Made by a program: the position numbers and the translations under genes
Shown: one piece after another, positions 30,221-40,972 of the stretch
Layout: every line of letters starts with the position of its first letter
Numbering within the stretch: position 1 is the first letter of the stretch
The notes under the pieces: model-generated
Told to the model about the DNA's origin: nothing
Databases searched by the model: none
The model's input: the letters and a program-made list of their open reading frames with translations, nothing else
IMG/VR virus record: IMGVR_UViG_3300032007_000009
From: a virus
Lineage: Duplodnaviria > Caudoviricetes
Direction: 5' to 3' (one strand)
DNA: 64,000 bases

Positions 30221-32338
30221 TTAATAAATAACCCAGTTACCAGATGATATATATTCATCATCTTGATTAGTTATATTATAATATCCCGATTCTTCATTTA
30301 ATAAAGAAGCATTGATATTAAATATAACATAAATATCGTTTCTTCCAACTTCAATATATTCTGTATTATCTATTATTAATTTGAATATTTCTACTTTTGT
30401 CATATAGTTAGAAAGATTAACTCCAATATTTTGAGATAATCCTCTTCTTAATTTAATATTCTGTAAATCTTTAACATTATAGAATATTGGTTTATATATA
30501 ACTTTTTGAGATGTATTAGATAATGAAATATTTGAATTATCTGTTTTCTTATTGATAATACATTTTACATTATTTATAAAATTAATATTATCTTCATTAA
30601 GTTTAATTGATTTCATATTATCATTATTTCCTATATTATAATTTATATTTGATAATGTTTTCAATCTATGAATATTATTATCATTAATTAAATATTTTTT
30701 CCATTCATTACTTATTATTACAACATTACTTACAAATTGAATGCCTAAGAATTTATCAAAAAATGTAACACGTCCTATTAGTTTTTCTGGAAACTGATTC
30801 CAATTATTGAATATTCCATTTAATGCAAATGAACAATCATCTAATTCTCCAATGTTAATATTTACATTCTTATCATATATTACATTTGTAAAGTTTTCAT
30901 TTGTAGATATTTCAACTTTAAATCCTAAAAAATTAATAGGAGTCCCATATTCTTCTTCATATTCACTTTGTAATGATTCCTTCATTAAAGTTTTCCAAAC
31001 TTTTAATATTTCTTCATCTGAAGAATATGCTGTATTTGTAATTGCAATAACTGATTTTTTTATATCATCATTTATTGAAGTCACATTATCGATATTCTTA
31101 ATCTGTTCTTCAAAATTATAATTAGTAAATTTATTATAATTATCTTCATCAATATTATTAAAGTATATATATGCTTCTTTAAATGGTGAAGTAAATATAT
31201 CATCTTTATACTTATTATAATAATATGATTTATTAGGATAATCAAAAAATGATATTATTGAAAGTATACCATTAGAAAACCCTAATACTGAACTTAAGCT
31301 AAATTTTGATTCATTTGTAAACGATGTTGTTACAGCAGGATAATTATCATCTATTATATAAAGTTTTAATTGTTCATCAATATAACTATATGGAAATATT
31401 GTTATATCTAAAGGATATGATAAATAATTATTATCAATAGATAAATTATTCTTTAAATAAAGTTTAACATATGTTTTATCATCATTACTTAAGTTATTAT
31501 CGAAGTTCAATTTATTTTCAGAATTAACTTCTTCAATAATTCGATAAGGTTGTATTAATAAATTTATTGGGACTATCTGTTCACCATCATCTGTTTCTTC
31601 AGAATGTTCAATATCATTTGAAGAACTCAATATACTATTAATAAAATTTTCATTCTGAGTAGATACAATAATATCTAAATCTTCTTTATAAAATGTATTA
31701 TACGTACCGTCTTCATTTATTTTAAAAAGATCTTCTATATTAGGAACATATAATTCAATAAATTCAGAATATGTTTCATTATCTATTTTAATTTCAGTTT
31801 CTGAATTTGTATTAAAATCATTTATATTCTTACATAAGTAATGAATATGAATTCCATTAATATAATTAGAAATATCTATAATAGCATCAATATTAGTTTT
31901 CGTAAATGGATGATATATTCTAATTTTATCACATTTTATTTTTTTTCTTATTAAATTTGAATTAATCTTTTCATATATTTCATAAATACTATCTCCATAT
32001 TCATCTTCATAATATATTGATGAATTATTATCAAAATTAAAATCAGAATTAAAATTCAAATATGAAGTAGAATATGAATTAATTGCTGAATCAGTAACAG
32101 GAAAAACTAACTTATATCCTATTTCAGTTTTTGATTCCTTTAATTCTTGTATATATTCATCTAAATATTTTCTTTCAATAAAACATATATCTGAATCATT
32201 TACTACATTATTTACAATACTAAAATTTCTTATCATGACAAATTCAGATAAATATTCAGAATTTGTCATATCAATATTAGCATCATAATATTCTACTAAA
32301 TATCTATGGCTACCTATATTTACTATATTTCTTTTCAT
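30221..32338 (-). CDS. Large putative structural protein
   Basis: 705-aa ORF directly upstream of the baseplate genes. Confidence 0.6.
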   Translation of the reverse strand: MKRNIVNIGSHRYLVEYYDANIDMTNSEYLSEFVMIRNFSIVNNVVNDSDICFIERKYLDEYIQELKESKTEIGYKLVFPVTDSAINSYSTSYLNFNSDFNFDNNSSIYYEDEYGDSIYEIYEKINSNLIRKKIKCDKIRIYHPFTKTNIDAIIDISNYINGIHIHYLCKNINDFNTNSETEIKIDNETYSEFIELYVPNIEDLFKINEDGTYNTFYKEDLDIIVSTQNENFINSILSSSNDIEHSEETDDGEQIVPINLLIQPYRIIEEVNSENKLNFDNNLSNDDKTYVKLYLKNNLSIDNNYLSYPLDITIFPYSYIDEQLKLYIIDDNYPAVTTSFTNESKFSLSSVLGFSNGILSIISFFDYPNKSYYYNKYKDDIFTSPFKEAYIYFNNIDEDNYNKFTNYNFEEQIKNIDNVTSINDDIKKSVIAITNTAYSSDEEILKVWKTLMKESLQSEYEEEYGTPINFLGFKVEISTNENFTNVIYDKNVNINIGELDDCSFALNGIFNNWNQFPEKLIGRVTFFDKFLGIQFVSNVVIISNEWKKYLINDNNIHRLKTLSNINYNIGNNDNMKSIKLNEDNINFINNVKCIINKKTDNSNISLSNTSQKVIYKPIFYNVKDLQNIKLRRGLSQNIGVNLSNYMTKVEIFKLIIDNTEYIEVGRNDIYVIFNINASLLNEESGYYNITNQDDEYISSGNWVIY

Positions 32339-32392
32339 ACTTAACTTATATATATAAAAATAAATTATAGTTTTAAATATTCTTAATACTTA

Positions 32393-32420
32393 TTGAATAT
32401 AATAATTTAAATACTATATT
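32393..32420 (+). promoter_or_regulatory. Putative early promoter TTGAAT-N13-TACTATATT
   Basis: Heads a plus-strand block; conserved spacing. Confidence 0.6.
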
Positions 32421-32452
32421 AATTTTATAAAAATCAAATAATATTTAAATAA

Positions 32453-32722
32453 ATGAGACCACGTATTAATTCATTCGGTAAGATAACAAGAAAAGAACTT
32501 GATAATTATCTTTTGGAGAATCAAGTATATGGATTTACTGTCAAGATAAAAGAAAATACTTTTGTTTATAGTTACAATATAATGTTTCGTAAAAATAAAG
32601 AAGCTCCTGAAATGTTATTTGTTGAAGTATCAAAAGCATCTAAACTTGTTCTTGGTGCTTGGACAAACAAAGGTAAGAAATTCAATAATGTAAATGATTT
32701 AAAAAATTATACTAAAAGATGA
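32453..32722 (+). CDS. Hypothetical protein
   Basis: First ORF after promoter. Confidence 0.6.
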   Translation: MRPRINSFGKITRKELDNYLLENQVYGFTVKIKENTFVYSYNIMFRKNKEAPEMLFVEVSKASKLVLGAWTNKGKKFNNVNDLKNYTKR

Positions 32723-33030
32723 TAGGTACTATTAAAAATGTTGAACATGTTCGACAAGAAGTCATAGATGGAATTTACAAAAAGATTAATAATGATCTCC
32801 CAATTAATCAAGAAGTTTATAAAAGATATTTTGACTTTATAGATAGTCAGATTGAACTTTGTATTAAAAATGGGTGGATTCAATTTTCATTACCTGGAGA
32901 TGGACCTTGTGGTAGACTCCCAGGAATGATTGAGGCTTTACTTCTCCTTAAAGGATATGGAATTGAAAAGGGAGAAAAAGAAAATGAATATCTTATTAAT
33001 ATATTTAATAGAGACAATTATAAATTATGA
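32719..33030 (+). CDS. Hypothetical protein
   Basis: Coupled ORF. Confidence 0.6.
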   Translation: MIGTIKNVEHVRQEVIDGIYKKINNDLPINQEVYKRYFDFIDSQIELCIKNGWIQFSLPGDGPCGRLPGMIEALLLLKGYGIEKGEKENEYLINIFNRDNYKL

Positions 33031-33284
33031 GCAAAACATATAAGAAAGAATTTACAGGAAATCTTTTACATAATGGACATCGTAATCATCACAATACATT
33101 ACTTCGAGAATTTCATGGACGAAGTTTAATGGGTGGTATATGGCTTGTTAAAGATACACATAATCTTACGAATGAAAGAGATTGTAAATCAGATAGAATG
33201 AAAGGAATAAGAAAAATTGCTGGAAAGAAACGTCGTTTGTATATGAAGAAATATGCAAATGAAATTATTTCAGAAGAAATTTGA
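33027..33284 (+). CDS. Small basic protein
   Basis: K/R/H-rich ORF. Confidence 0.6.
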   Translation: MSKTYKKEFTGNLLHNGHRNHHNTLLREFHGRSLMGGIWLVKDTHNLTNERDCKSDRMKGIRKIAGKKRRLYMKKYANEIISEEI

Positions 33285-33330
33285 ATATTATATTAAAAAT
33301 ACTATATTATATTTGTAATTCAAACAATAA
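33281..33330 (+). promoter_or_regulatory. Putative early promoter TTGAAT-N13-TACTATATTATATTTGTAAT
   Basis: Near-identical to 60387-60433. Confidence 0.65.
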
Positions 33331-33335
33331 ATAAT

Positions 33336-33593
33336 ATGAATAAGAATAGTAAAAATGTAAAGGTTTCTGTTGATAATCTTCGTGAGTATGCAACATCTCG
33401 TGGATTGAAGCTTGTGTTTCGTAACACTGCAACTAATGCTGGTGATTTTTGTTTCTTTATTTACAAGATGACTGGTGGTAGTTATCTGGTTGGTTATGAT
33501 GGTAGTTGGAATGCTGCTCCAACAGAGAATATTAGTTTTGAGAAATGTTGGGAAGCTGCCCACGAATTTATTTCTAATTATGATAGATTTTAA
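33336..33593 (+). CDS. Hypothetical protein
   Basis: First ORF after promoter. Confidence 0.65.
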   Translation: MNKNSKNVKVSVDNLREYATSRGLKLVFRNTATNAGDFCFFIYKMTGGSYLVGYDGSWNAAPTENISFEKCWEAAHEFISNYDRF

Positions 33594-33595
33594 AT

Positions 33596-34033
33596 ATGAG
33601 AAATAATAGAAAAATCATTCGTAATTGGAAGGTTATTAAGGATAATCTTACTTTTAATGTCGCATTTAATATATGGAAGACTCATAAAATTGATGATGCA
33701 GGTTATCCTATTATTGCAATGAGATTTGGTATCACACAGTTTATACAGACAGGTGTACATAGCATATCTGATATTAAACTATCACCACAGGAAGCTGTTT
33801 CAAATAAGTGGGAAATTGTTATTCCTGATGATGACGCTGAGGAAAAGACAAATAAACTTCGTCGACTGATGAAGGATAATAATTTTGGAGGTCTTCGGCA
33901 TGATAAAATTGATAATATGTCAATTGAAGAAATGTGGATGAATATTATTGATGTAATCAGCAGACTTGATAAGAATAATTTGTATCGTATTTCAAAGCAT
34001 ATTATTGAAACTGGTTTATATAAGAAAGTATGA
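33596..34033 (+). CDS. Hypothetical protein
   Basis: ORF in co-oriented run. Confidence 0.65.
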   Translation: MRNNRKIIRNWKVIKDNLTFNVAFNIWKTHKIDDAGYPIIAMRFGITQFIQTGVHSISDIKLSPQEAVSNKWEIVIPDDDAEEKTNKLRRLMKDNNFGGLRHDKIDNMSIEEMWMNIIDVISRLDKNNLYRISKHIIETGLYKKV

Positions 34034-34629
34034 AAAAGATTTTAATTTTGTTTATTTGTGTATTTGCATTTGTTAGTTGTGATAAGGAGTCTGCAGCTCT
34101 TAATGAAATTCTAAAGAATGAACGAATTATACTTCAGACATCTATTGATAGTCTTAAGAAAGTAAAGGCAAATATAATTACATTTAATGATTCTCTGAAT
34201 AAGATTAATCATTACATTATGACTAATCAGGAGTCACGTGAACGTAATGACAAGTTAATTTCAGAACGTAAGAAAATTGAATTTGATATTAATTATAATA
34301 CAAATATTCGTAATGAACTTGCTCGTCAAAATGATGTTCTTAAGAAACAGATTGAAAAAAATCAATTTGCAATAGATGTTTCAAAATATATCTATGTTAT
34401 TACTGTAAGAGTTCATCAGACAACATATACATTATCTATTTCAGAACATATCAAAAACAAGATGAACGATATTATATTCGATATCCCAGTAGATAAAGCG
34501 TATTACGATAAATGTTTAGTTGGACAAAAGATTACAGACCCAGGATTGAAATTGGGATCATTACTTCGAGATGGAGACTTTTCAAAACTTAAGATTACTA
34601 TTACAGGAAAGAAAACTTTAAAGAGATAA
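34030..34629 (+). CDS. Coiled-coil lipoprotein
   Basis: MKKILILFICVFAFVS-C lipobox, long heptad region. Confidence 0.7.
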   Translation: MKKILILFICVFAFVSCDKESAALNEILKNERIILQTSIDSLKKVKANIITFNDSLNKINHYIMTNQESRERNDKLISERKKIEFDINYNTNIRNELARQNDVLKKQIEKNQFAIDVSKYIYVITVRVHQTTYTLSISEHIKNKMNDIIFDIPVDKAYYDKCLVGQKITDPGLKLGSLLRDGDFSKLKITITGKKTLKR

Positions 34630-34634
34630 ATTTA

Positions 34635-34937
34635 TTAAATGAATGGATTATCTTCTAATGCTTTAAGAATCTCTTCACATTTTTTACATTCATCCTTAAA
34701 GTTATAGACTTCAGATACATTTAATTCAAACCATTCGTTTTTTATATTTGATGATGCATGTCTACTGTGCATCATCTTTTCTATTTTATACGGATATGCA
34801 GTTTCATAATAAGAATGAATCCATATTTCATTAGGATTACCAGTTTGTAACTCAGAAATACGTTTTTCTATTTTACCTTTTGTCATTCCTATTTTGAATT
34901 TTTCTCCATCACATAATAAATATACATATCCATTCAT
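34635..34937 (-). CDS. GIY-YIG (T5orf172/MUG113-like) nuclease domain protein
   Basis: GYVY...FKIG.T...KR..ELQTGNP...E..MH...NEWF. Confidence 0.85.
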   Translation of the reverse strand: MNGYVYLLCDGEKFKIGMTKGKIEKRISELQTGNPNEIWIHSYYETAYPYKIEKMMHSRHASSNIKNEWFELNVSEVYNFKDECKKCEEILKALEDNPFI

Positions 34938-35017
34938 ATTTACTTTAAAAAAATTATATATTATTTAAAATTTAAATTAAATATACTATATTAATATATC
35001 AAAAATATAAATAAAAA

Positions 35018-35185
35018 ATGACAAAAAGTAAATTTCTTGACATTATTTGTACAATGATTGAATGGGGAATGCTTGATGCTTCCCGTATTACTGATGAGGA
35101 TTATGTTGTTGAAAGAGTTAAGACATATCTTGATGCTCGCGCATTGACTATTGAAACTATGAACATGGCAGGTATGCCAATTTAA
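35018..35185 (+). CDS. Small hypothetical protein (MTKSKFLD...), absent from the ORF track
   Basis: 55-aa ORF right after TACTATATT motif at ~34984. Confidence 0.55.
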   Translation: MTKSKFLDIICTMIEWGMLDASRITDEDYVVERVKTYLDARALTIETMNMAGMPI

Positions 35186-35225
35186 ATTATATATAAAATA
35201 AATTATGGGACTTGGAATATAAACA

Positions 35226-35447
35226 ATGAGTAAATTTATTACATTCACTACACAAGATGAAAACGGTTGTTGGTATGCTAAACAAGCCGTTAAATTAAAT
35301 GATATTAAAAAAGTTGCATGTGTTCCTGATAAATATTATAGAGAAGGATATGATCATTCTATGTTAATATTTAATGATGGTTCTGAATTAGATGTATTTG
35401 AAAAATTTGATGAAGTTATTAATATATTAAATAAATATGACATATAA
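35226..35447 (+). CDS. Hypothetical protein
   Basis: ORF in co-oriented run. Confidence 0.6.
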   Translation: MSKFITFTTQDENGCWYAKQAVKLNDIKKVACVPDKYYREGYDHSMLIFNDGSELDVFEKFDEVINILNKYDI

Positions 35448-35554
35448 TAAATATTACGATCATCATTCAGATGAATACAATCCTCAAGGTTATTATAATG
35501 GAATGGATTATAATGATTATCTTTTTGAACAAGCATTAAATAATTTGGATTTAT

Positions 35555-36193
35555 ATGGAGAATAAGTTTACACATAAGGAAGTTGTTAATTTTATTAAAT
35601 CATATCTTAAGGGATGTGGTATTATTGAATATGATGAATGCACTCGAGAATATGAAGATCCGATAATTCAAGGCATTACTCATAAAGGAATGTTTACACG
35701 AATTTATGGGCTTCCTGCTCCATATAAATTTGGACATATTAAAATTGATATTGTTGATGATTATGTTAGTCTTCGTCTTACAATGGATCAAGAAGAAGAA
35801 CTTAATAAAAAAGATAAAGAACTTTATAAAACTGACATAATGAAGACATCTCAAGACATTTGGTTTATTGATGTTCCAAATAATCATAAACTTAATGAAC
35901 GATGGGTACATCATAGAACAGGATATAATTATGGATTGCAATTTAATCAAGATAATTTTAATCAGTTTATGAAATTATTTGATATTGTATTTGCAACTGA
36001 ATATAAGACAAATTATATTATTCAGTTAGCATCTAAACAATGGGAGCAAAATAGAAAATATAATGAATTTCTTGAATTAGTTGCTAATGCATGGCATATG
36101 AATGAAAATCTTTGGTCTTGTGTAAATAAATATTCAACCCAATGGTCAGAAATATCTCAAATTTGTCTAGTTAATAAATTTAATTTTAAATGA
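35555..36193 (+). CDS. Hypothetical protein
   Basis: 212-aa ORF. Confidence 0.65.
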   Translation: MENKFTHKEVVNFIKSYLKGCGIIEYDECTREYEDPIIQGITHKGMFTRIYGLPAPYKFGHIKIDIVDDYVSLRLTMDQEEELNKKDKELYKTDIMKTSQDIWFIDVPNNHKLNERWVHHRTGYNYGLQFNQDNFNQFMKLFDIVFATEYKTNYIIQLASKQWEQNRKYNEFLELVANAWHMNENLWSCVNKYSTQWSEISQICLVNKFNFK

Positions 36194-36450
36194 TTATGAA
36201 TTCAATAGATATATTTATTAATTTTTATATGATACCAATGGTTGTATCATTTATACTTATTGTTATTTATTCAATGTTATCATCATTTATTTTTGATTAT
36301 GATTTATATGGCATAATAAAATCTGTTTGGGTTTATATAATATTCCCAATAACAAATATAATATTGATAATTATATTACTACTAAAATTAGTACCTCTTA
36401 TAATTAGTTTTTTAGTTAATTCATTTTGTGATATTTGGAAAAGACTTTAA
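36190..36450 (+). CDS. Small membrane protein
   Basis: Hydrophobic ORF. Confidence 0.55.
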   Translation: MIMNSIDIFINFYMIPMVVSFILIVIYSMLSSFIFDYDLYGIIKSVWVYIIFPITNIILIIILLLKLVPLIISFLVNSFCDIWKRL

Positions 36451-36661
36451 TTTATGAATAGAGAAGAAATAAAAAAACAGTTAATTGATCTTCAAAAGGA
36501 GATGAAAGATTATGCAGAATATTTAGAAAAATATACATATAACCCATATGATAAAATTGAAAAATATTCTCATAAACTAAAAGATATTATTGAAAATTTT
36601 GATGAATAATTTATAAATATTATTTAGATTTTACTATATTATTTTATCAAATATATAAATT

Positions 36662-36979
36662 ATGAAGTTTACAATTTATCAGATTAAAGAAATTGAGAAT
36701 ATTAACTCTAAATTTTTATTTAGACCTTGGAGAATTGTCAATAAAATATTTAGTTTTGATAATTATAATAATATTTATGAAAATGATTTGAATAACTGGG
36801 ATGTTGATGAAACTGATGATATAAATATGTTGGAAATTATTTATAGTATATTTAATGGAAGACATCCTGAAGATTATACTGGACGTTCAATTTCAGTATC
36901 TGATATTGTTGAACTTAATAATAAGTTTTATTTCTGTGATTCATTTGGTTGGAAAGATATAACGAATTTTATTAAATAA
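36662..36979 (+). CDS. YodL-like domain protein
   Basis: 'IYQ...LE.IY..FN..HPEDY.GRS.SVSDIV.....YFCDSFG'. Confidence 0.8.
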   Translation: MKFTIYQIKEIENINSKFLFRPWRIVNKIFSFDNYNNIYENDLNNWDVDETDDINMLEIIYSIFNGRHPEDYTGRSISVSDIVELNNKFYFCDSFGWKDITNFIK

Positions 36980-36980
36980 T

Positions 36981-37334
36981 ATGAAAAAATATCCTAATGT
37001 TGGAAATAAACTATATTGGGAGGACCACAAAGGTAATATTCATGAAGATATTTGTTTAAAGATTGAGGGAGAAGATAATCCTGATTTAGAAACAATGTTT
37101 TTCACATATTTAACAGAAAATGGTGGAGGTTCTTTTATTGTTGAAAGTGATTTAATTAATTCAAATTCTAATAAAATAAAAACATTTTTAGAAAATAAAC
37201 GTAAAGAAAAGATTAATAATGTTTTTAATTCACTGAAAGATGAAGACATTAAAAATGAATTGATCTTTAGATTAAAAGAACATTTTTTAGAAGATACTGC
37301 AATAAAGATTATTAATATTATAATAAATGAATAA
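36981..37334 (+). CDS. Hypothetical protein
   Basis: ORF in co-oriented run. Confidence 0.6.
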   Translation: MKKYPNVGNKLYWEDHKGNIHEDICLKIEGEDNPDLETMFFTYLTENGGGSFIVESDLINSNSNKIKTFLENKRKEKINNVFNSLKDEDIKNELIFRLKEHFLEDTAIKIINIIINE

Positions 37335-37683
37335 GTCGCTTTATTTTATTGAATGTACTTGCATACGGGAATGTAAGTTTCCTAATATTGAATATCATAT
37401 AGGAGATATTATTTATTTCAATCCAAGAGCTGCATCAAACGAAACATATGTTTATTATGATTATATCAACAAGTGTCATACAGATTGGTATAAAGAAAAT
37501 CGTATAATATATGGGGGATTAATTTCAAATGGTCATCTTCCATTTACACGTCAAAAGAAATTTGCGAAGAAATGGCAAATTAAAAGCTACGCAGAATATT
37601 GGGCAAGATGGGTTGAAGAAATTGGTGATTTTAAGTGTAATATAAAAGAAATAAAAATTACTTATAAAGAGGAAGAAATATGA
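37327..37683 (+). CDS. Hypothetical protein
   Basis: Coupled ORF. Confidence 0.6.
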   Translation: MNKSLYFIECTCIRECKFPNIEYHIGDIIYFNPRAASNETYVYYDYINKCHTDWYKENRIIYGGLISNGHLPFTRQKKFAKKWQIKSYAEYWARWVEEIGDFKCNIKEIKITYKEEEI

Positions 37684-37955
37684 AAAAACAAAAGTCATCA
37701 TTATGGGAACGACTAAAAATTTGTTGGTATGTATTAACTAAGAAATATTATGTTTATTTTGGTTTAGATAAAGAACCAATTATTTGGAATGAAGATAATA
37801 CATATTTAACTCTTAAAAAGAAATCTGTTAAAGCATATTCGTACATAACATATGATTATAAATTTGATACAAAAAATGGTGAATCAAATTTGCATGATTT
37901 TATATGGGAATGCATTGGAAAAATTTCAAAAGAAGCTCAAGAAGGTAAATTTTAA
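37680..37955 (+). CDS. Hypothetical protein
   Basis: Coupled ORF. Confidence 0.6.
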   Translation: MKKQKSSLWERLKICWYVLTKKYYVYFGLDKEPIIWNEDNTYLTLKKKSVKAYSYITYDYKFDTKNGESNLHDFIWECIGKISKEAQEGKF

Positions 37956-38001
37956 TTATTATTCTTCGTAAATATAATGATGATAAAAAATTGTATTAAT
38001 T

Positions 38002-38481
38002 ATGAAAGATTTTAGCAAAGAACCTATTAAAATTGGGCACGTTATTTTATGGCGTAAAGGTTGGTATCAACATAGTGGGCAGACTTGGGAATATGAAACT
38101 ACTATGAAAGATATTCGTGAAATGCTTAAATATGATGGATATGAACCACAATTTCTTAATGATAAAGAAATTATTGATATTATATTCAGAGCTTATGATG
38201 AATATTTTAAATATGCATTTTTAAATGATGTTCCTGGTTGGTATGACCCATTGATGGGAGTTATACGTGGTACATATCATAATGTATATAGAGATAATTG
38301 CACTGATTTTAATATTATGCTTGAGATTCTAGCTAAGTTTGCTTGGACAGAAACAAAATATTTGAAATTACCAATTCCCCATTATGATAAAAATACATAT
38401 AAAATAGGTTGTTGGAAATCTGGAATGACATATACATGGATGAATAAACACGCAAAAGAATTTTTTGAGAAACATGGATAA
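38002..38481 (+). CDS. Hypothetical protein
   Basis: ORF in co-oriented run. Confidence 0.65.
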   Translation: MKDFSKEPIKIGHVILWRKGWYQHSGQTWEYETTMKDIREMLKYDGYEPQFLNDKEIIDIIFRAYDEYFKYAFLNDVPGWYDPLMGVIRGTYHNVYRDNCTDFNIMLEILAKFAWTETKYLKLPIPHYDKNTYKIGCWKSGMTYTWMNKHAKEFFEKHG

Positions 38482-38785
38482 ACTTAAATATGAAGATATA
38501 TTAAAAGATAAATCAAATTTAATATTTATAATTGATATAATGATTGATGTTTATAAATTATATAAGCATCATACACAGGTTTTAGAATGTGAACAATGGT
38601 TATTAATGTTAGAAAAACGTCCTATTCAAATTGAATATACACGTGATGCATTAATTGTATTAAAAAATATTATGAATGATGCTGTAAATTATCTTCTTGC
38701 TGTCGAAAATAGATGGGATGATGGAGAATTAGCAATGAATCTCATGAATAAAATTATTGGACTATTTAATAAAGATAAAAATTAA
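38465..38785 (+). CDS. Hypothetical protein
   Basis: Coupled ORF. Confidence 0.6.
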   Translation: MRNMDKLKYEDILKDKSNLIFIIDIMIDVYKLYKHHTQVLECEQWLLMLEKRPIQIEYTRDALIVLKNIMNDAVNYLLAVENRWDDGELAMNLMNKIIGLFNKDKN

Positions 38786-38819
38786 AATATTAATTGTATA
38801 TTAAAATAATCAAAAATTA

Positions 38820-39047
38820 ATGAAAATGAAAAATATAATTTACAAAGGCATTATTATTGCTTTATTTATAGTATTTGGTTTTATTTTAGGTATAACTACA
38901 CAAAGTATTAATGCTAGTCCAAATATAAATAATACCCAAAATTTACAAAGTGTAAACTATAAATATGAAATTGTTTATATTAATGGTACTAAATATATTG
39001 TATTTAGTAATGGGTCAGGTTCAGATATAGAAGTAATACATTACTAA
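38820..39047 (+). CDS. Small exported/membrane protein
   Basis: N-terminal hydrophobic signal-like segment. Confidence 0.55.
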   Translation: MKMKNIIYKGIIIALFIVFGFILGITTQSINASPNINNTQNLQSVNYKYEIVYINGTKYIVFSNGSGSDIEVIHY

Positions 39048-39073
39048 AGGAGGGTTTATATAAACCCTCCTTT
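39046..39073. terminator. Bidirectional terminator (perfect 28-bp palindrome)
   Basis: AAAGGAGGGTTTAT/ATAAACCCTCCTTT between convergent genes. Confidence 0.75.
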
Positions 39074-39265
39074 TTATATTTTATATCTTTTGAATTTTTT
39101 TCTTCGTTTATAAAGTTTTCCTGTTTTAATATCAATACATAATGGCTGTGGAATATCTCCTGAACCTGGTTGTGTATCAGTAGGTGCAGAAGGATTTCCC
39201 ATTCCAATTGTATTAGCTGGAGCTGTAAATATTTCTTCCTTTATATATTGTGATAAATTTTTCAT
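39074..39265 (-). CDS. Small putative internal head protein (MKNLSQYIKE)
   Basis: CTS-like leader; basic tail. Confidence 0.6.
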   Translation of the reverse strand: MKNLSQYIKEEIFTAPANTIGMGNPSAPTDTQPGSGDIPQPLCIDIKTGKLYKRRKKFKRYKI

Positions 39266-39266
39266 G

Positions 39267-40205
39267 TTATCTAAATTTAATTATACCAACAATTGCTTTT
39301 TCTAATTTATTATCCCATGGATATAATACAATAGCATTTGCATATTTTGTATTTAACACTCCAGCAGGTGTCATTAATTTACATTTTTTATATTTATAAA
39401 GTAAATCTAATAAATCACCTAATGTTTCAAGTTTAATTGCTTCTGATTCATTTTCTGTATAATCTAAAATTAATGTTTGACCTTCTTTTGAACCTTCACC
39501 AATTTTTATATAACCAACTTCATGTCTTGTTTGTCTACCTGCACCTGCAGTAACACTACCAAATTGTATTTTCTTTTCAAGCTTAATGTTACGAAGATCA
39601 TTTTCAGATTTATCTACTGTATTCTTTAAATAACCCTTTGCGTATTGTGTTAAATATTCAATTGTTTGTTCTTTATTTTTTTGAATATCTTCCCATTCTT
39701 CTTCAAGATATTCTTTCCATGTTCTTGTATTTTTTCTAAAAGAGAATGGTTTACCATCCATATCTAAATCATAATCACAAGGTTCTTTAAGCCAATCTTC
39801 TAATTTTAAAATTTCTCCTTTATCATTTTTAATAAATGGGTGTCCTTTTGTTTTGTTTTCATTACCATTACTATAATTATAATTTACAAAGCCATCATAA
39901 ATTTCTTTTACCATAGCAGTAAAATCTTCATAATTAAATTTACGATAATTTGCATTTGTCTTAAAATGTGATTTAATCATTTTTTCAATATCTGCTTCAG
40001 ATTTCAAATCAGATTCAACACTTACAAATTGTTGTAAATTTGTATTCCATTTATAATTTGTAGTTAATGATTTCATATGTTCTTTAACCTTTTCAATATC
40101 AAATGGAATATATCTATTATCTTGTAATGGTATTGCACGATTACTATTCCACATACACCCAACCCATTCTACAGATTCATTTAAAAATTGTTTTAAATCT
40201 TTCAT
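39267..40205 (-). CDS. Putative internal head protein (MKDLKQFLNE)
   Basis: CTS-like leader. Confidence 0.6.
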   Translation of the reverse strand: MKDLKQFLNESVEWVGCMWNSNRAIPLQDNRYIPFDIEKVKEHMKSLTTNYKWNTNLQQFVSVESDLKSEADIEKMIKSHFKTNANYRKFNYEDFTAMVKEIYDGFVNYNYSNGNENKTKGHPFIKNDKGEILKLEDWLKEPCDYDLDMDGKPFSFRKNTRTWKEYLEEEWEDIQKNKEQTIEYLTQYAKGYLKNTVDKSENDLRNIKLEKKIQFGSVTAGAGRQTRHEVGYIKIGEGSKEGQTLILDYTENESEAIKLETLGDLLDLLYKYKKCKLMTPAGVLNTKYANAIVLYPWDNKLEKAIVGIIKFR

Positions 40206-40230
40206 ATTATTATCTAATTATATATTTTAT

Positions 40231-40971
40231 TTATTTTCCTGTAAAGTACCAACTGGCTTCTGCTTGACGTCTTTTAATAAGACCTGGATATTTCTTACCT
40301 TGTACATCTGACATATGTGACCAAGAATTTTTAATTGCAGCATCATTAGGATTCTTTTTAATCATAGTAACAGTTTTTGTATATACTTTACCCGTCAATG
40401 TTAAGAATCCATTACCGAAATTATAACAAGCACTTGCTATGGCATCCTTTTGATTTTGATTTAAAACAATTTTATTTGATGTAGCCCAGTTATCTATTTT
40501 TTTAGATACTAAAATAGCATGTTCTAAGAATAATTGTTCTAATTCTTTTTGAGTCCAAACTTTCTTTATAGTATCCATGTATTTACCATTTGGGTGCATT
40601 AATAATCCATATCCAAATGTTCTATGTCCACCTGCATCTTTTAAGTCATAACCATTTAAATCTTTAGACCCCATTGTATAACCAAATTTATGTCCCGTTT
40701 CATATTGACAAATAAAATTAATCATACCTGTACTAATGCCAACATTATTTCCTGTAGAAGGTGTTGTAGTTTGAGTTTGTGTTTGACTTGGTAAAATAAG
40801 AGCCCAAGATTTAGGCCCAACAATACCATCAGGAGTAAGTCCTTTTGATTTTTGCCATTCTTTTACTTTTTTATCGGTTACAGGACCGAAACTGCCATCA
40901 GGAGTCAAACCTAAGAATTTTTGCAATACTTTTACCTCTTCTCCTTTAGAACCTAATTTAATTATATTCAT
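40231..40971 (-). CDS. Endolysin: peptidoglycan-binding domain plus GH24-like lysozyme
   Basis: 'GSKGEEVKVLQ..DG.FG..T..V..WQ...DGIVGP.SW'; 'TFGYG', 'NQNQ.DA..S..YNFG', 'GLIKRRQAE'. Confidence 0.9.
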   Translation of the reverse strand: MNIIKLGSKGEEVKVLQKFLGLTPDGSFGPVTDKKVKEWQKSKGLTPDGIVGPKSWALILPSQTQTQTTTPSTGNNVGISTGMINFICQYETGHKFGYTMGSKDLNGYDLKDAGGHRTFGYGLLMHPNGKYMDTIKKVWTQKELEQLFLEHAILVSKKIDNWATSNKIVLNQNQKDAIASACYNFGNGFLTLTGKVYTKTVTMIKKNPNDAAIKNSWSHMSDVQGKKYPGLIKRRQAEASWYFTGK

Positions 40972-40972
40972 A